A stretch of DNA of 64,000 nucleotides from an uncultured Spirochaetota bacterium (GTDB taxonomy: Bacteria > Spirochaetota > Brevinematia > Brevinematales > JAOACQ01). Below are positions 28,621 to 40,359 of the stretch, in pieces. The stretch covers positions 32,001 through 96,000 of the forward strand of contig CAWAOD010000015.1 in NCBI GenBank assembly GCA_963783575.1, in the 5' to 3' direction. The notes under the pieces were generated by a model that saw only the letters and a program-made list of their open reading frames with translations, made no database searches and was not told the DNA's origin. Made by a program: the position numbers and the translations under genes. The first letter of the stretch is position 1. Each line of letters opens with the position of its first letter.

Positions 28621-31600
28621 AACGCTGGCTTCCAGAATATAGCAGCCTGTGTTTGAAATTAAAAATACCCCGCCGTTGCTGTCCCATAAATATTTCCAAA
28701 GGTAATTTTGTAAAATTGGTATTCATACTATTGCTCAGAAATGTATTCGTTGAAATACTTACAGCCGACAATGATGTATTTGTTGATACCAGCCATCCGT
28801 CGTCTTTTAAGAAAATAATTCCCGTCACCGTTCCGTTTGTTCTTTCCGGAATGCCCTGGATTGTGATCTCGGGAGGATAGTTCTGAGCCTGGTAGTTGAC
28901 ATTCAGAATAGCCGGGACGCTCTCGTTTGAAGATGTGTCCACAGCGGTCAGGCCTATCTTAGACAGGTTCTTTGAAGTAAATGTATAAACATTTGTTAAA
29001 ATAAGACCGTTTGTCAGAAGAACTTTCGCGCTGAAATCCTGGCTGATCTGGTAAAGATAATAACCGGCAAGGTCTTTATCCGTATTTGTATCCCAGCTTA
29101 CCCGGATGATTTTATTTGTTATATCAACAGCCAATCCACTGGGCTTGTCGGGCGGGGTTGTATCATTGCTGTTATCATATTTGAAGACCCAGTTAGTCTG
29201 ATCAGCTATGTTACCGACCATATCGGCCACTTTCAGGAATTTAACCAGGACATCACGCTTTATTTTTGGAGGGTAAATCCTGCTGAAATCAATCGACAGG
29301 CGGTTATTTCCAAAATTATATTCAGCTTCGCCGTTGGTAATGATTACTCCGTTCACGCTGATAACAAAATTTGTATCCACGCCGCTTTTATCATCCTGAA
29401 TATCAATCCAGGCTGTTGAATCTGTGAGAGTCCCATTATTAGTAGGATAACAATCGCCGAAAGCCGGAGCCGTTTTGTCCAGCATTATCTCAACCGGGAC
29501 ATGATTTGTTTCATCGCCGTTCATGCTCTTAACAGATAGATCGCCATTTATAATGTCCTGTGAATCTTCCAGATTCATTTGAAACTGCCGGTAATTATCG
29601 CTCATAATATTAGTGCTGTCTTCAACCGGGATCAATGTTTCCCCGGCATTGATACCTGTACCGCTTAAATTGACGCCGACGTACCTGCTTCCGTCTATTC
29701 CGAGTGCGCGTATGGAATAAATGTTGCTTCCCGGCCTGCCGTAAATAACAGGCGTGGTGACAGTATTGGTATTATTGCTGCTGAGCTGGCTTAAAAGATT
29801 ATCCGCCGGTTCTTCAGCAGTTTGTGAGGCAACGCTTGCCGGAACTGAATTATTAACGGCAGGTACCGCGGGGACGGACGGTGAATTGATCGTACTGCCT
29901 GCGGTGACATTCACTGTCTGCTGCTGCTGTCCGGCTGAAATACCTTGATTAACGCCGCTTCCGGAAGCGCTGAATTGAGACTGGCCTGATTGTGAAGAAT
30001 CGACAGGCTTTTCATCGGTATTCGATAAATTAAAATTTTGAGAAACACTTTGCGCGGTTTGAAATCCCAGCTGGCTCTTGATAATTAAAGAAATGTCATT
30101 AACTTTAAGAGGAACAAATTTAGAAATAATCCGAACCCTGTAATTTCCTTCCTCCGTAGCCGGGAGCACAACTTTTTCCACATTATTGATATAATCGCCG
30201 GAGCTGATTATTTTCCCCGATGGAGCCGCCACTTCCAGATCAAAGTCATCAATAAGGTTCATAAGCGAGGATTCGAACGCCGGCGGATCAGTCCAGCTCA
30301 GGACTATTGTTATTTTATCATTCTGTTTGACCGTAAAATCAATATTTCTAAATTCATCGCTATCCGTAAAATGCTTGATTGTTATATGATTCGTATCAAT
30401 CGGAGAATTCAGCATAAGCCTTCCGTATCCCGACTGCAGTGAAGGATTGTCTTCCATTGTATTGGCTATCAGTAAAGATTTAACTATGCTGTGAGTCGGC
30501 GTTAAGTTAAAAATGTTTTTTATTACCCCGGTTAATCTGGATACAAGCCCGCTCACAACAGCCGCAGCCTGGCTTGTGCCGCTTAAAACAGCATATGAAT
30601 TATTCAAACCCAGTGAGTTTACACCGCTCCCCTGAACGGATATCTCCGGTTTAAACCTGCCGTCGTAGCATGGCCCTCTTCCCGAATAAAGCGCCGTATC
30701 ATTACCGTCCAGGGCACCGACCGATATTACGTTCTTTGCGGTTGCCGGCGAAGCGATGCTGTTCCCGTTATTCCCAACAGCGGCTATAATAATCATTTCA
30801 GGGTGGTCATAAACAAACTGGTCAATATCCCTGCTGATCGACAAATAAGTACCGGCCAGGTTATCGTCATAAGTGCCCCAGCTTAAATTCGCTATATAAG
30901 AATTATTCAGGATCGACAGGTTAAAAAGATTCCTCATTGACGGCGGGATTGTCAGGCCGGTAAGGCTGTCTCCCATTGCAAAAAACTGGATTTTCGCTTC
31001 CGGATTAATGCCGCTGATCTGGCCGCCCGAATTATTGCCCCGGCCGGCTATAATTCCGGCGACATGCGTTCCATGCGGTACAAATTCACCTGTGTCGTTA
31101 TCGCCGGCTGTTTCATATATATTAGCAAGAACACCGGATAAATCGGCATGTTTATCGTCAATACCCACATCATAAACGGAAACATTGGCAGGACAGGATT
31201 GGAGAATATTTGCGTTGACTCCGCCAAATGCGACAACTTTTCCAATAGTTCCCGGATCAACTGAAAAAACAGAAAGATCCCTGTATTTTTCAACTCTTAA
31301 TACTTTTTCTTCAAACAGGATGGCTTTAACATTTGCGGAATCGACAATAAACTCCTTTCCAGTATTTCCAGTTATTTTAATATGATTCCCGGCGCAGAAT
31401 GAATAAAACCAATTTGTGTCATTTATATCCCATAGGCTGACTTTTGCCTTTTTTATATTCTCAATATCCCCGTCGCTTTTTGATATTTTCATGAAAGGCT
31501 GGTAAGGAACGTCGGATACAAAACCTTCAAGGTTCTTTATAATCTGGCCGGTATTGCTTAAACGGACAATAACCGTATTATCGGGAATATAATAACCGAA

Positions 31601-32005
31601 AATAACGCCTTTTTTTACCAGGTAATTCTGGTAATCGGCATCGAATCTTTTTACTTTTAAAAGATAGCTTTCAATTTTTCTTTCGTCTTTAATCAATTTT
31701 TGATCGGGATTTATATTAACAAGTTTTGTTCCATCGAATGAAATAACTTCTTTACCATTTTCATTACCGGCTGATATTTTATATTTTTTATTGAAATCGG
31801 TTATTTCCAATTCTTTAGCGGGTTTAACTTTCATTTCTTTCTGCTTCGGCTGATTATCTTTTAAATAAACCGGCGATTCATTGCTTATTATTAATGATTC
31901 AACCCTATTGATTTCATTCTGTTTTATATTTTTCTGGCAGGAAACTGCTAAACCTAATAAGAACAGAAAACTGAATAAAAAAATGTATAATTTATTCATC
32001 CGCAT
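28613..32005 (-). CDS. S8 subtilisin-like serine protease lipoprotein with FN3/Ig domains (N-terminal part of giant frameshifted gene)
   Basis: Lipobox LAVSC; triad motifs VYDVGID, HGTHVAG, SGTSQAA; oxyanion AAVGN; LSWTDP...NNVEKV P-domain-like region. Confidence 0.88.
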   Translation of the reverse strand: MRMNKLYIFLFSFLFLLGLAVSCQKNIKQNEINRVESLIISNESPVYLKDNQPKQKEMKVKPAKELEITDFNKKYKISAGNENGKEVISFDGTKLVNINPDQKLIKDERKIESYLLKVKRFDADYQNYLVKKGVIFGYYIPDNTVIVRLSNTGQIIKNLEGFVSDVPYQPFMKISKSDGDIENIKKAKVSLWDINDTNWFYSFCAGNHIKITGNTGKEFIVDSANVKAILFEEKVLRVEKYRDLSVFSVDPGTIGKVVAFGGVNANILQSCPANVSVYDVGIDDKHADLSGVLANIYETAGDNDTGEFVPHGTHVAGIIAGRGNNSGGQISGINPEAKIQFFAMGDSLTGLTIPPSMRNLFNLSILNNSYIANLSWGTYDDNLAGTYLSISRDIDQFVYDHPEMIIIAAVGNNGNSIASPATAKNVISVGALDGNDTALYSGRGPCYDGRFKPEISVQGSGVNSLGLNNSYAVLSGTSQAAAVVSGLVSRLTGVIKNIFNLTPTHSIVKSLLIANTMEDNPSLQSGYGRLMLNSPIDTNHITIKHFTDSDEFRNIDFTVKQNDKITIVLSWTDPPAFESSLMNLIDDFDLEVAAPSGKIISSGDYINNVEKVVLPATEEGNYRVRIISKFVPLKVNDISLIIKSQLGFQTAQSVSQNFNLSNTDEKPVDSSQSGQSQFSASGSGVNQGISAGQQQQTVNVTAGSTINSPSVPAVPAVNNSVPASVASQTAEEPADNLLSQLSSNNTNTVTTPVIYGRPGSNIYSIRALGIDGSRYVGVNLSGTGINAGETLIPVEDSTNIMSDNYRQFQMNLEDSQDIINGDLSVKSMNGDETNHVPVEIMLDKTAPAFGDCYPTNNGTLTDSTAWIDIQDDKSGVDTNFVISVNGVIITNGEAEYNFGNNRLSIDFSRIYPPKIKRDVLVKFLKVADMVGNIADQTNWVFKYDNSNDTTPPDKPSGLAVDITNKIIRVSWDTNTDKDLAGYYLYQISQDFSAKVLLTNGLILTNVYTFTSKNLSKIGLTAVDTSSNESVPAILNVNYQAQNYPPEITIQGIPERTNGTVTGIIFLKDDGWLVSTNTSLSAVSISTNTFLSNSMNTNFTKLPLEIFMGQQRRGIFNFKHRLLYSGSQRYG

Positions 32006-32484
32006 CTCCAGTCAAAATTATAAATAAGTTGAATACTCCCGGGAATATTAATCTCAAATATTTAAATGGCTGCATTCATTATTTATGAACCGAACACCTA
32101 GCAATAATATTATACCGTTTAAAATCAATATTTTTGAAACATAAATATTAAATATTTTTTAAAGACCAAACAATATAAAATTTTACAATAAATAACAAAT
32201 TAAATTTTATAATTTATTATCAAATTATCTTGACTATAATTCGGTTAACTGTATCTCGATATAATAAATCAATTAATTTTAATCGGTCTGATAATTGCTT
32301 ATTAATCATATCATATTCACAATATAAAATTAATTAATATAAATTACGCGATTAATTGTTAAACATTACCGCTTCAAAAAATTAGTTCAAAATTTATTTG
32401 AACAATTTTAATAAAATTATACCCGATTTTTATGCGGTTTGTCAATATGACGTTTATCACTTTTTTTATATTTTTAAAAAAATA

Positions 32485-32513
32485 TTGAAAGAAAAAAATA
32501 TTTTATATATAAT
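32485..32513 (+). promoter_or_regulatory. sigma70-type promoter for the 32587 gene
   Basis: TTGAAA-17 bp-TATAAT in the AT-rich divergent intergenic region. Confidence 0.5.
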
Positions 32514-32586
32514 CTTCAATATTTTTATTTACGAATCTCCTGTTTTTTTGAAAATAAAATTTATTTTATGAAGTTGGAGGGCCAAA

Positions 32587-35500
32587 TTGAAGCTTAATTT
32601 AACATGTTATGTTTTATTTGCTTTTATTATAATAATATCTTACTTTGGATGCTCATCGGAGCCGAAATCCGAGAATTCAAATAGTTCCGGCAATTCGGAC
32701 ACAACTCCACCTGTTGTATTAATAATTACCCCGACAAATAATGAAACGGTCGGGACAAATTTTACAGCCGGAGGGAATGTATCGGATGATTCTTCCGGCA
32801 TTGACGGAGTGGAAATCTTTATTTCGCCTATAAATCTCAGTTATACCAATATTGTTCCCGCTATAAAGGGAATTACGACTTTTTCATCTGAAATTACCGT
32901 TACAAATTACGGATATTTTTACATTTGGGCAAAAGCTGTTGATAGATCGGGTAATTTCAAGGTCACATCAAACTTTTTAATCAATGCGGCAAATATACCG
33001 TTTTTGAATTTTAAATTACCGGTTGAAAATGGTTTGATAAAGATTACAAACTCCGGCACTTTAATAATTTCCGGTACCGCCTCGGTCTTGGGAGCAGGCA
33101 TATCAAATGTCAGATTAATTTTCCTGTCAACTTCAAATTCCAATGCATCAACAAATGATGCTTTCGGAACGACAAACTGGGCTTTTAACGCAAATCTTTC
33201 CAATAACTCAACAAATACCATCTTGGGTTACGCCGTCTCGGATAACGGCAAAACCAGCCAGGTCCAGACGATAACAATTATTATCGATACATCGGCTCCG
33301 AATATTTCATTGTCCTGCCCGACCGACAACCAGGAATGCCCTACAAATTTCACTGCGGCAGGCGCTTTATCGGATAATATATCAGGTGTAAGCAACGCTG
33401 TTTTACATATTTCCCCGGCAAATTTCAGTTATACCAATAATTACACATTACCGGCATCATTTTCGACAAATATCTTGGTTAATCAATTCGGCAGGTATTT
33501 TATCTGGATGGATACCTTGGATAATGCCGGAAACAGCACCAATATCAGCAAAATATCTATCAATATCCCTGATGCGCCGGTTCTGAATATAACATCCCCT
33601 ATCAGTTCCGGTTTTATTTTGACAAATACCGGCAATATAATTTTCAGTGGAACATCCGGCGTCCAGGGAGGAAGTATTACCGGGCTGAAAGTTCTGGTTA
33701 CCTCCGATATTTCACAGACAAATATCACGAATGATGCTTCAGGTTTCACTAACTGGTCTTACAGAGCAAATTTAGTCCCGAATTTAACCAACCTATTTTA
33801 CGCCTATGCTGTTTCCGACAATGGAAAAACAAGCCCGATCCAGTCGATAGGTATCATCGCGGATATGCAGCCTCCCGTAATTAACTTTATCTCGTTAACT
33901 AACAATCAATTGGTAGGCGGTATTTACAATTTTTCAGGAACGGTAAATGACAGCCTTTCCGGTGTTAATCAGGTTTTCGTAAAATTTGATAATGGATTTT
34001 TTCTCCCGGTCAGTACCGCTAACGGAATCTGGCAGATTAATTATACAAACACATCCATCGGCAAGCACACAAATTATGTCTTTGCCTCGGACAAAATCGG
34101 CAATATTTCAACAACCGATTCTGTCATAGTTGAATACACCGATGAGCTGCCTTCTATTATAATAACCAATCCGGCGGCCGGGCAGATCACAAACGCTACC
34201 TCAATAAATATCAGTGGTATGGCTGGGATCGGAGTATTTTTTACTATTAGCGGGGTGTACATAATAAAGGACGGATTCCTGCAGGATGCTTCACTTAGTG
34301 TTGATAAATCTTCATGGATAAAAGAAAATCTCATGCTGACTCCAAACAGGACAAATATTATAATCGCAATGGCTGTCGGAAGCAGCGGTAAAACCAATTA
34401 TTCGGGAACCAATATATTTGTTGTTGATACAATACCCCCGGTTAATTATAATATCCTCCCAGCCAGTAACAGCATTATTAACGGCAGTTCTTATACTTTC
34501 CAGGGCAGTGTGACGGATAATTTCACAGGCATTGATAAAGTATATGTCAAGCTGGATGACAATGTATTTACGCCGGCTTCTTTTTCAGGAAACGGCTGGA
34601 TCCAGAATTATTCAATTTCTTACGGATGTCATACAAATTATGTTTATGCGGCAGATAAGGCCGGAAACATTTCTCCAACAATAACAAATATTCTGCTGTA
34701 TCCCCCGGCACTGCCCGCAGTAAATATCATTGCTCCCGCAAACAATAGCATCACAAATAACTCGGTTATCAATATTAGTGGTTCGGCGAGCACCATATCT
34801 CCTTTCGTAATCTCAAAAGTGGAAGTTTCCATCAACAACGGGCCATTCTTTGACATTGGAGTTATTCCAGGGTCTTCCCTGGCCTGGACATTGAGTAATG
34901 TTCAATTGAACGGAAATCAGACTAACACAATCATTGCAATGTCAATAGACAGCTGCAATCAGACAAATTATTCAAGTACTGTCAATATTGTTCCGGATAC
35001 TGAACCGCCAATTGTTAATTTAACTCCATTACCGGCTTTTACCAACATAAATAATTTTAATGTTTTAGCCGAAGCGGCCGATAATTTTGCCGGCGTAAAA
35101 ACCCAGTATTATATTGTAGATCATAATACCGCAAACACGTTCACGGGAAATTATTTCAATATAAGCGGTATATCTGACGGCTCTCATACAATTTACGCCT
35201 GGGCTGCCGACAAACAGAATAATTCATCCGTCACTCAATCTACAACAGTTTTTGTCGATACCACACCTCCGGTTGTTAATTTTAACTCCCCCGCAAACGG
35301 CCAGACGCTCTTATCGGCTTATCTTAATATTATCGGCTACGCGTCAGATTCCGGCAGCGGGGTTAAAGAGGTATATTTTTCGGCAGACAATGGAGCTTTC
35401 AATAAAGTGAATGGAGATATCAGCTGGAATACAAATTTTTACCTGCTTAACGGCCCGAACCGCATCTTAAAAGCATACGCTGTGGACAATATGAATAACA

Positions 35501-36295
35501 CCGGCCTGACTCAGACAATTTCCATCACAGTAGAAGCCGTGCAAAATGAAAATATGGTTTTTGTTTCGGGGGGAACATTTACAATGGGAGATTCGGTTAT
35601 TGCCACGCCGACGCATAGCGTATCAATATCCAATTTCTTTATCAGTAAATATGAAACGGCATTTGATGAATGGGATGCTTATCATACTGCCGTCTTGAAC
35701 TCGCCGAACCCGTCAGATAATACCTGGGGAAGAACTTCCAGGCCTGTTATCAATATAAACTGGTGGGATGCGATTGCTTACTGCAACTGGAAAAGCACTG
35801 CAGGAAGGCCTGCCCGCTGCGTATAATACCAATAATGGAAATTTACTTGATACAAATGGTGTGTTAACCACGGATATTACAGCCGTTAAAGGATACAGGC
35901 TTCCGACCGAAGCCGAGTGGGAATACGCCGCACGGAATATGGGAATCGATCCGGGAAGCTCGCCGTCAGGCACAAATGCGGGTTATGAGACAAATGTTGC
36001 ATGGTTCTATGATAATTCGGGCGGTAAAACTCATCCTTTGGGTGAAAAAATCCCTAATGACCTGGGAATATACGATATGAGCGGAAACGCAACTGAATGG
36101 TGCTATGACTGGTATGATAATTATGGAAGCACTAACGCAATAAATCCGGTAGGGCCGTTGTCAGGAACGTTAAAAGTTTGCCGCGGCGGAGACTTGTTCA
36201 GCGATGCAATCAACCTGAAATCGGCATATAGAAATTCAAATAGTCCAACACTCAAGGCGAGCAATATCGGTTTCAGGATTGTCAGATCGGAATAG
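32587..36295 (+). CDS. Ig-repeat lipoprotein with C-terminal FGE-sulfatase (SUMF1/C-type-lectin-fold) domain; frameshift near 35797
   Basis: Lipobox YFGC; D..PP/D..GN repeats; FGE motifs split across ORFs 32587-35826 (GGTFTMG, KYET, RPVININWWDAIAYCNWKS) and 35768-36295 (YRLPTEAEWEYAA, LGIYDMSGN..EWC, RGG, IGFR). Confidence 0.85.
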
Positions 36296-36411
36296 AAAAA
36301 TTATGGCAAACGTTTGTCACTTTTTTTTATACCGGGTATAAGCCAAGTTATTATATTTATATTCCGATAAGAATGTGGTTCTTTAATTAAAAAAACTTTT
36401 GAGAAATTATT

Positions 36412-36949
36412 ATGAAAAAGTACGCTGGCCTGATTATATTTATAATTTTTATAAGCTTAATTATTATGACTAAATACTTCTTTATTAAATTAATAAATCC
36501 TGAAAATAAAGCGTCCTCAATGCATAGCCTCAAAGCAGAACAAATCGATAAACCCGGTACGTCGCAACCGGGAGCCACACCTGTGTCAAGCAGCTTACCT
36601 GGCCTGCCTACGCCGGATCTCCGGCAGATAGACGGCAGACAGGGCACACATGTCTAAAAAGGAAATAAGCCCTTCAAAAAGTTCTGCAAAAGCTGAAAAT
36701 ACATTTCTGCCGAAGGAAACTGAAACAATCAATAATACAGATCAGGGGACGCAGGCAAGCCGGTCAATTTCAAATAATGATGAAGGCAATGTGATTATAG
36801 AGTTCTATGGCCGGAAAACAAACACAATCTGGATCAAAAAAAATCTGACTGACGATAATGAAGAAATTTCTACCGACAGCAATGCAATAATAGGCGAAGA
36901 TGAAAGTACCGTTTACAAGCCGATTAAAAAAGAAGGAACAAACAATTAA
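36412..36949 (+). CDS. Hypothetical membrane-anchored protein(s): two overlapping ORFs (36412-36657, 36650-36949), possibly one frameshifted gene
   Basis: N-terminal TM followed by low-complexity linker; second ORF has no clear RBS. Confidence 0.45.
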
Positions 36950-36959
36950 GGAGGATTTT

Positions 36960-38387
36960 GTGTTTTATAAAAATACCATAATAATTCTAACCTTTATATT
37001 TATATTAAATTCATTTTGTTCAGCCCAGGAAGCCTTCCATGAAAGCGAGGGCGGTCTTATCATACAGATAAAAGACAACCTGATAGAAAATCTTTCCGGT
37101 GATTTCTCCGCGACTTTCCAGGCAACGCCGGTAAAAGACGTGTTCCGTATCTTTGCGATGCAGAGCGGGCTTAACATTATGGTCAGCCCGAATATCAACG
37201 CCTCCGTAACCGCGAATTTCAACAAGGTCGGAATAAAGGACGCCTTTTTAGCCATACTCACTGCAAATAATCTTTATTATCTTGTCCAGGGAAGCATAGT
37301 AAAGATCCTCACATCCCGTGAATATAAATACGAGCTTCTCAGGCAATATGTTATCACAAAAACTTACGACGCGTCGATCATAGACATCAAAAACCTGGCT
37401 GCCGTATTAAAACCAATGCTATCGCCTGATATTGGAACCTTCACCATTGATGCCCAGTCTTCAAAGATAATTGTGATGGATATCAAGGACAATTTTGAAA
37501 GGCTGGATAATTTATTTAAGGAGATATCATCATTACCGAAATCAGTAGAGATTGAAGCGAAAGTTATTGAAATTGCCTTGGGTAAAGGCACAGAAATGGG
37601 TATCAACTGGTCTGCTGTGAATATAGGAAATGCGATCAATGTGAACGTCAATCTGCCGCCTCAAAATGCAAGCAACCTTATCGTTGCTCTGGGTGGCGGA
37701 GAAATGGTTACAATTGGGGGCGGCCAGATCTTCAATAATATAAGCGCAAATGCAATTATTGCAGCCATATCTACAAAAAATAAAACAACTTTGCTTTCCC
37801 AGCCAAAAATCCTGGCAATAAACAGGCAGGAGGCTACAATCCATATCGGTGAGAACGTTCCTTATATAAAAAGCGTAATAAACAGTACAACAGCACAGCA
37901 AACAACATCACAGGTAGATTTTATCCCTGTAGGCATAAGGATTATAGTTACACCGATGATAACAACTGAGGATGAAGTAAAGATGGATATTAAAGCAGAA
38001 TTCAGTTCACAAGAACTTCAGGATATAGGCAATGGTGAAAAAGCGCCCCTTATCACAACGACGGAGATAACCTGTGAGCCTATAGTAAGAGATGAACAGA
38101 CAGTAATAATCGGGGGACTGATTGAAAGCAGTAAAACAACATCAAGAAAGGGCATTCCCCTTTTAATGGACATTCCTTTTTTAGGGTATTTATTCTCGCA
38201 TAACAGTGATGTAATTAATCGTACCGAACGCGCCATTTTTCTGACCCCGCATATACTTAAAGACGGAAAAAGCAACATCGGTTTTAAAAATAATTCCATA
38301 GATATGCTGAAAGAAGCCGAAGTTTATAATACTAATACAAATATCACAGGTCTTGTTACAAACATCCGTATAACAAACGGAAAATAA
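36960..38387 (+). CDS. gspD: Secretin, GspD/PilQ family
   Basis: STN/N domains, SVEIEAKVIEI, LSQPKILAINRQEATIHIGENVPY, TVIIGGL, GIPLLMDIPFLGYLF; AAGGAGG RBS before GTG at 36960. Confidence 0.9.
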   Translation: MFYKNTIIILTFIFILNSFCSAQEAFHESEGGLIIQIKDNLIENLSGDFSATFQATPVKDVFRIFAMQSGLNIMVSPNINASVTANFNKVGIKDAFLAILTANNLYYLVQGSIVKILTSREYKYELLRQYVITKTYDASIIDIKNLAAVLKPMLSPDIGTFTIDAQSSKIIVMDIKDNFERLDNLFKEISSLPKSVEIEAKVIEIALGKGTEMGINWSAVNIGNAINVNVNLPPQNASNLIVALGGGEMVTIGGGQIFNNISANAIIAAISTKNKTTLLSQPKILAINRQEATIHIGENVPYIKSVINSTTAQQTTSQVDFIPVGIRIIVTPMITTEDEVKMDIKAEFSSQELQDIGNGEKAPLITTTEITCEPIVRDEQTVIIGGLIESSKTTSRKGIPLLMDIPFLGYLFSHNSDVINRTERAIFLTPHILKDGKSNIGFKNNSIDMLKEAEVYNTNTNITGLVTNIRITNGK

Positions 38388-38389
38388 AG

Positions 38390-40336
38390 ATGCAAAGGCT
38401 CAAAGCTTCAATTATCATAACAGCCCTGGTCACCGTGATAATTCTTTTCATCCTGGCGATGATTCTTCTGAATATACTTTATTTTTCGATGAACAATTCG
38501 GAAAGGGATGCCGAGATCAACCGGGGAAGATGGTTTCTTGAGGGTCGTATTCAGGAATATTTCGATGCCCTGATGACCGGGGGCGGGTTAAATTTAACCG
38601 GAAAAATCATACAAAAAGAGAATATTGCCGGTTTCGAGCAAAACTACCTGTTTGAAACAATCCGTAAAAATGAAAACTCTTATATACTGCATGCGTCAAT
38701 GAACTGGAATAACAGATACCCAATCGAGCAGCAAATAGAATTCGGCAGGCTTAACCTGTTCGATTACGCGGTATTCTTTAACGGCGGCAATATGGCCGAT
38801 AGCATACGAAATATTGTAATCGCAGGCGATATAGGCTCTTCCGGAAACCTAACCATTTCACAGGAATCCGGAACAAGTTTTTATTGCTATTTTTCCGGAT
38901 TAAAGATGCCCAGGGCCGATTATTTTTCTTCGGAACCCAGGCTTGAACCGTTATTCTTTACAAACAATCCGCTGGAATTGACAGATAATTATGATTCAAT
39001 TACCCAATGGACAATTTTCAAGGGTAAAAGACTCCTTTACAGGAAAATTGAGGAAAAATTTGATCTGCCCATTTTTCAAAAAGTCTGGGATACTTATGCG
39101 CCTTTCCGGGATGAAAACTGGATCATTACAAAAGATTTTCCCATTAAAGAAACAAATATTATAAATATGCTGACAGGAGAGAAGGAACTGGTCGCAGTCG
39201 GCGACGGCCATTCCACCGTATTCCGGGTTAAAGCGGGCACCATTAATAACGTATACATAAAAAAAACAGATTCCTATAGCAGGTATCAATACCTGGACTC
39301 ACGAAAATATTCTTACTTTACGGGCGAAAATGAAAGGGAAAGTTATTTTACTTACAATAACGAAAAGCTGGAGTTGAAAGCTTCCTCCGAAGCGGTACCG
39401 CTTTTTCTCCCGGAAGATTCCTTCCGCAGTCCCGGTTATTTCACGCTATGCGGAAGCAACTTTTCTTTTATTTCATCGGATGAAAATATCGGAAACTTTT
39501 ATTTCGGCAGGATTTCCCTGACCGGCATGCTTGTTGAAGGAATCGATTACAGCTACAGTAAGGCCGATAAATCGGTGACGATGCTGTCCGATAAATTTTA
39601 CAGGTCAAGAATTTTTTTGGTAGGTACCGGCGATGGTAAAACAACAATTTTTCCGGTAACTTTAATCCCTGGTAATTATCTTTACTATTCCGGAAATAAC
39701 AGAATTACTTCATACAATCAAAATGACAATAATCTGACAATCAGTCCGCCGCCTAAAAGAGATCAGAAGATTACCGCGTTTTCCCCTCCCGCAATTTTTT
39801 TTAAAAAAGAACCGCCCTCAAAAGGCGTTGGAATATTTATTGATAAAACCGATCATTGCGCATTGCTTGATTTAAATTCAATTATAAATCCGCCAAAAAA
39901 TGGGGTGATTTTTTCCTTTCTGCCGCTTCTTGTAAAAGGCAAAAGCAGTTTTCCCTTAATGATTCTGTCAAAAGAAAATATCTACCTGGAAAATATCAAT
40001 CCTGATAATACCGGCGAGACTTTAATGTTTGCAGCGCAAAAAGGTATCTGGATTTACAGCACCTTAAAAAAAACAGGGAATATTATCAATAAATGCTTTA
40101 TATATTCACCTAACAGCGCCTTATTCTCAGTCAATGAGAATGGCGAAAATGATAATTCATACGTCAGTATATACGGTACGGTTATTCTAACATCGGAAAA
40201 CACAAATTCGGTTTCCGGAAATCCGAAGTCCGGTATCAGTTATATTTATTTTCCGGGATTAACCGGTGAAATGGACCGTATCCCTTTTAAATTATTTCCG
40301 ATGCCTTTGAATATTGACCTGGTAAAAAGAAATTGA
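38390..40336 (+). CDS. PilX/GspK-like N-terminally anchored accessory protein
   Basis: MQRLKASIIITALVTVIILFILAM pilin-like hydrophobic N-terminus; located between secretin and ATPase. Confidence 0.55.
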   Translation: MQRLKASIIITALVTVIILFILAMILLNILYFSMNNSERDAEINRGRWFLEGRIQEYFDALMTGGGLNLTGKIIQKENIAGFEQNYLFETIRKNENSYILHASMNWNNRYPIEQQIEFGRLNLFDYAVFFNGGNMADSIRNIVIAGDIGSSGNLTISQESGTSFYCYFSGLKMPRADYFSSEPRLEPLFFTNNPLELTDNYDSITQWTIFKGKRLLYRKIEEKFDLPIFQKVWDTYAPFRDENWIITKDFPIKETNIINMLTGEKELVAVGDGHSTVFRVKAGTINNVYIKKTDSYSRYQYLDSRKYSYFTGENERESYFTYNNEKLELKASSEAVPLFLPEDSFRSPGYFTLCGSNFSFISSDENIGNFYFGRISLTGMLVEGIDYSYSKADKSVTMLSDKFYRSRIFLVGTGDGKTTIFPVTLIPGNYLYYSGNNRITSYNQNDNNLTISPPPKRDQKITAFSPPAIFFKKEPPSKGVGIFIDKTDHCALLDLNSIINPPKNGVIFSFLPLLVKGKSSFPLMILSKENIYLENINPDNTGETLMFAAQKGIWIYSTLKKTGNIINKCFIYSPNSALFSVNENGENDNSYVSIYGTVILTSENTNSVSGNPKSGISYIYFPGLTGEMDRIPFKLFPMPLNIDLVKRN

Positions 40337-40359
40337 TAAAATAAGACGGGAGTTTTATA

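Noticed and set aside
35560..36295. FGE/C-type-lectin C-terminus as a DGR target
   Set aside because: No template repeat or reverse transcriptase recognised in the window; a remote DGR cannot be excluded
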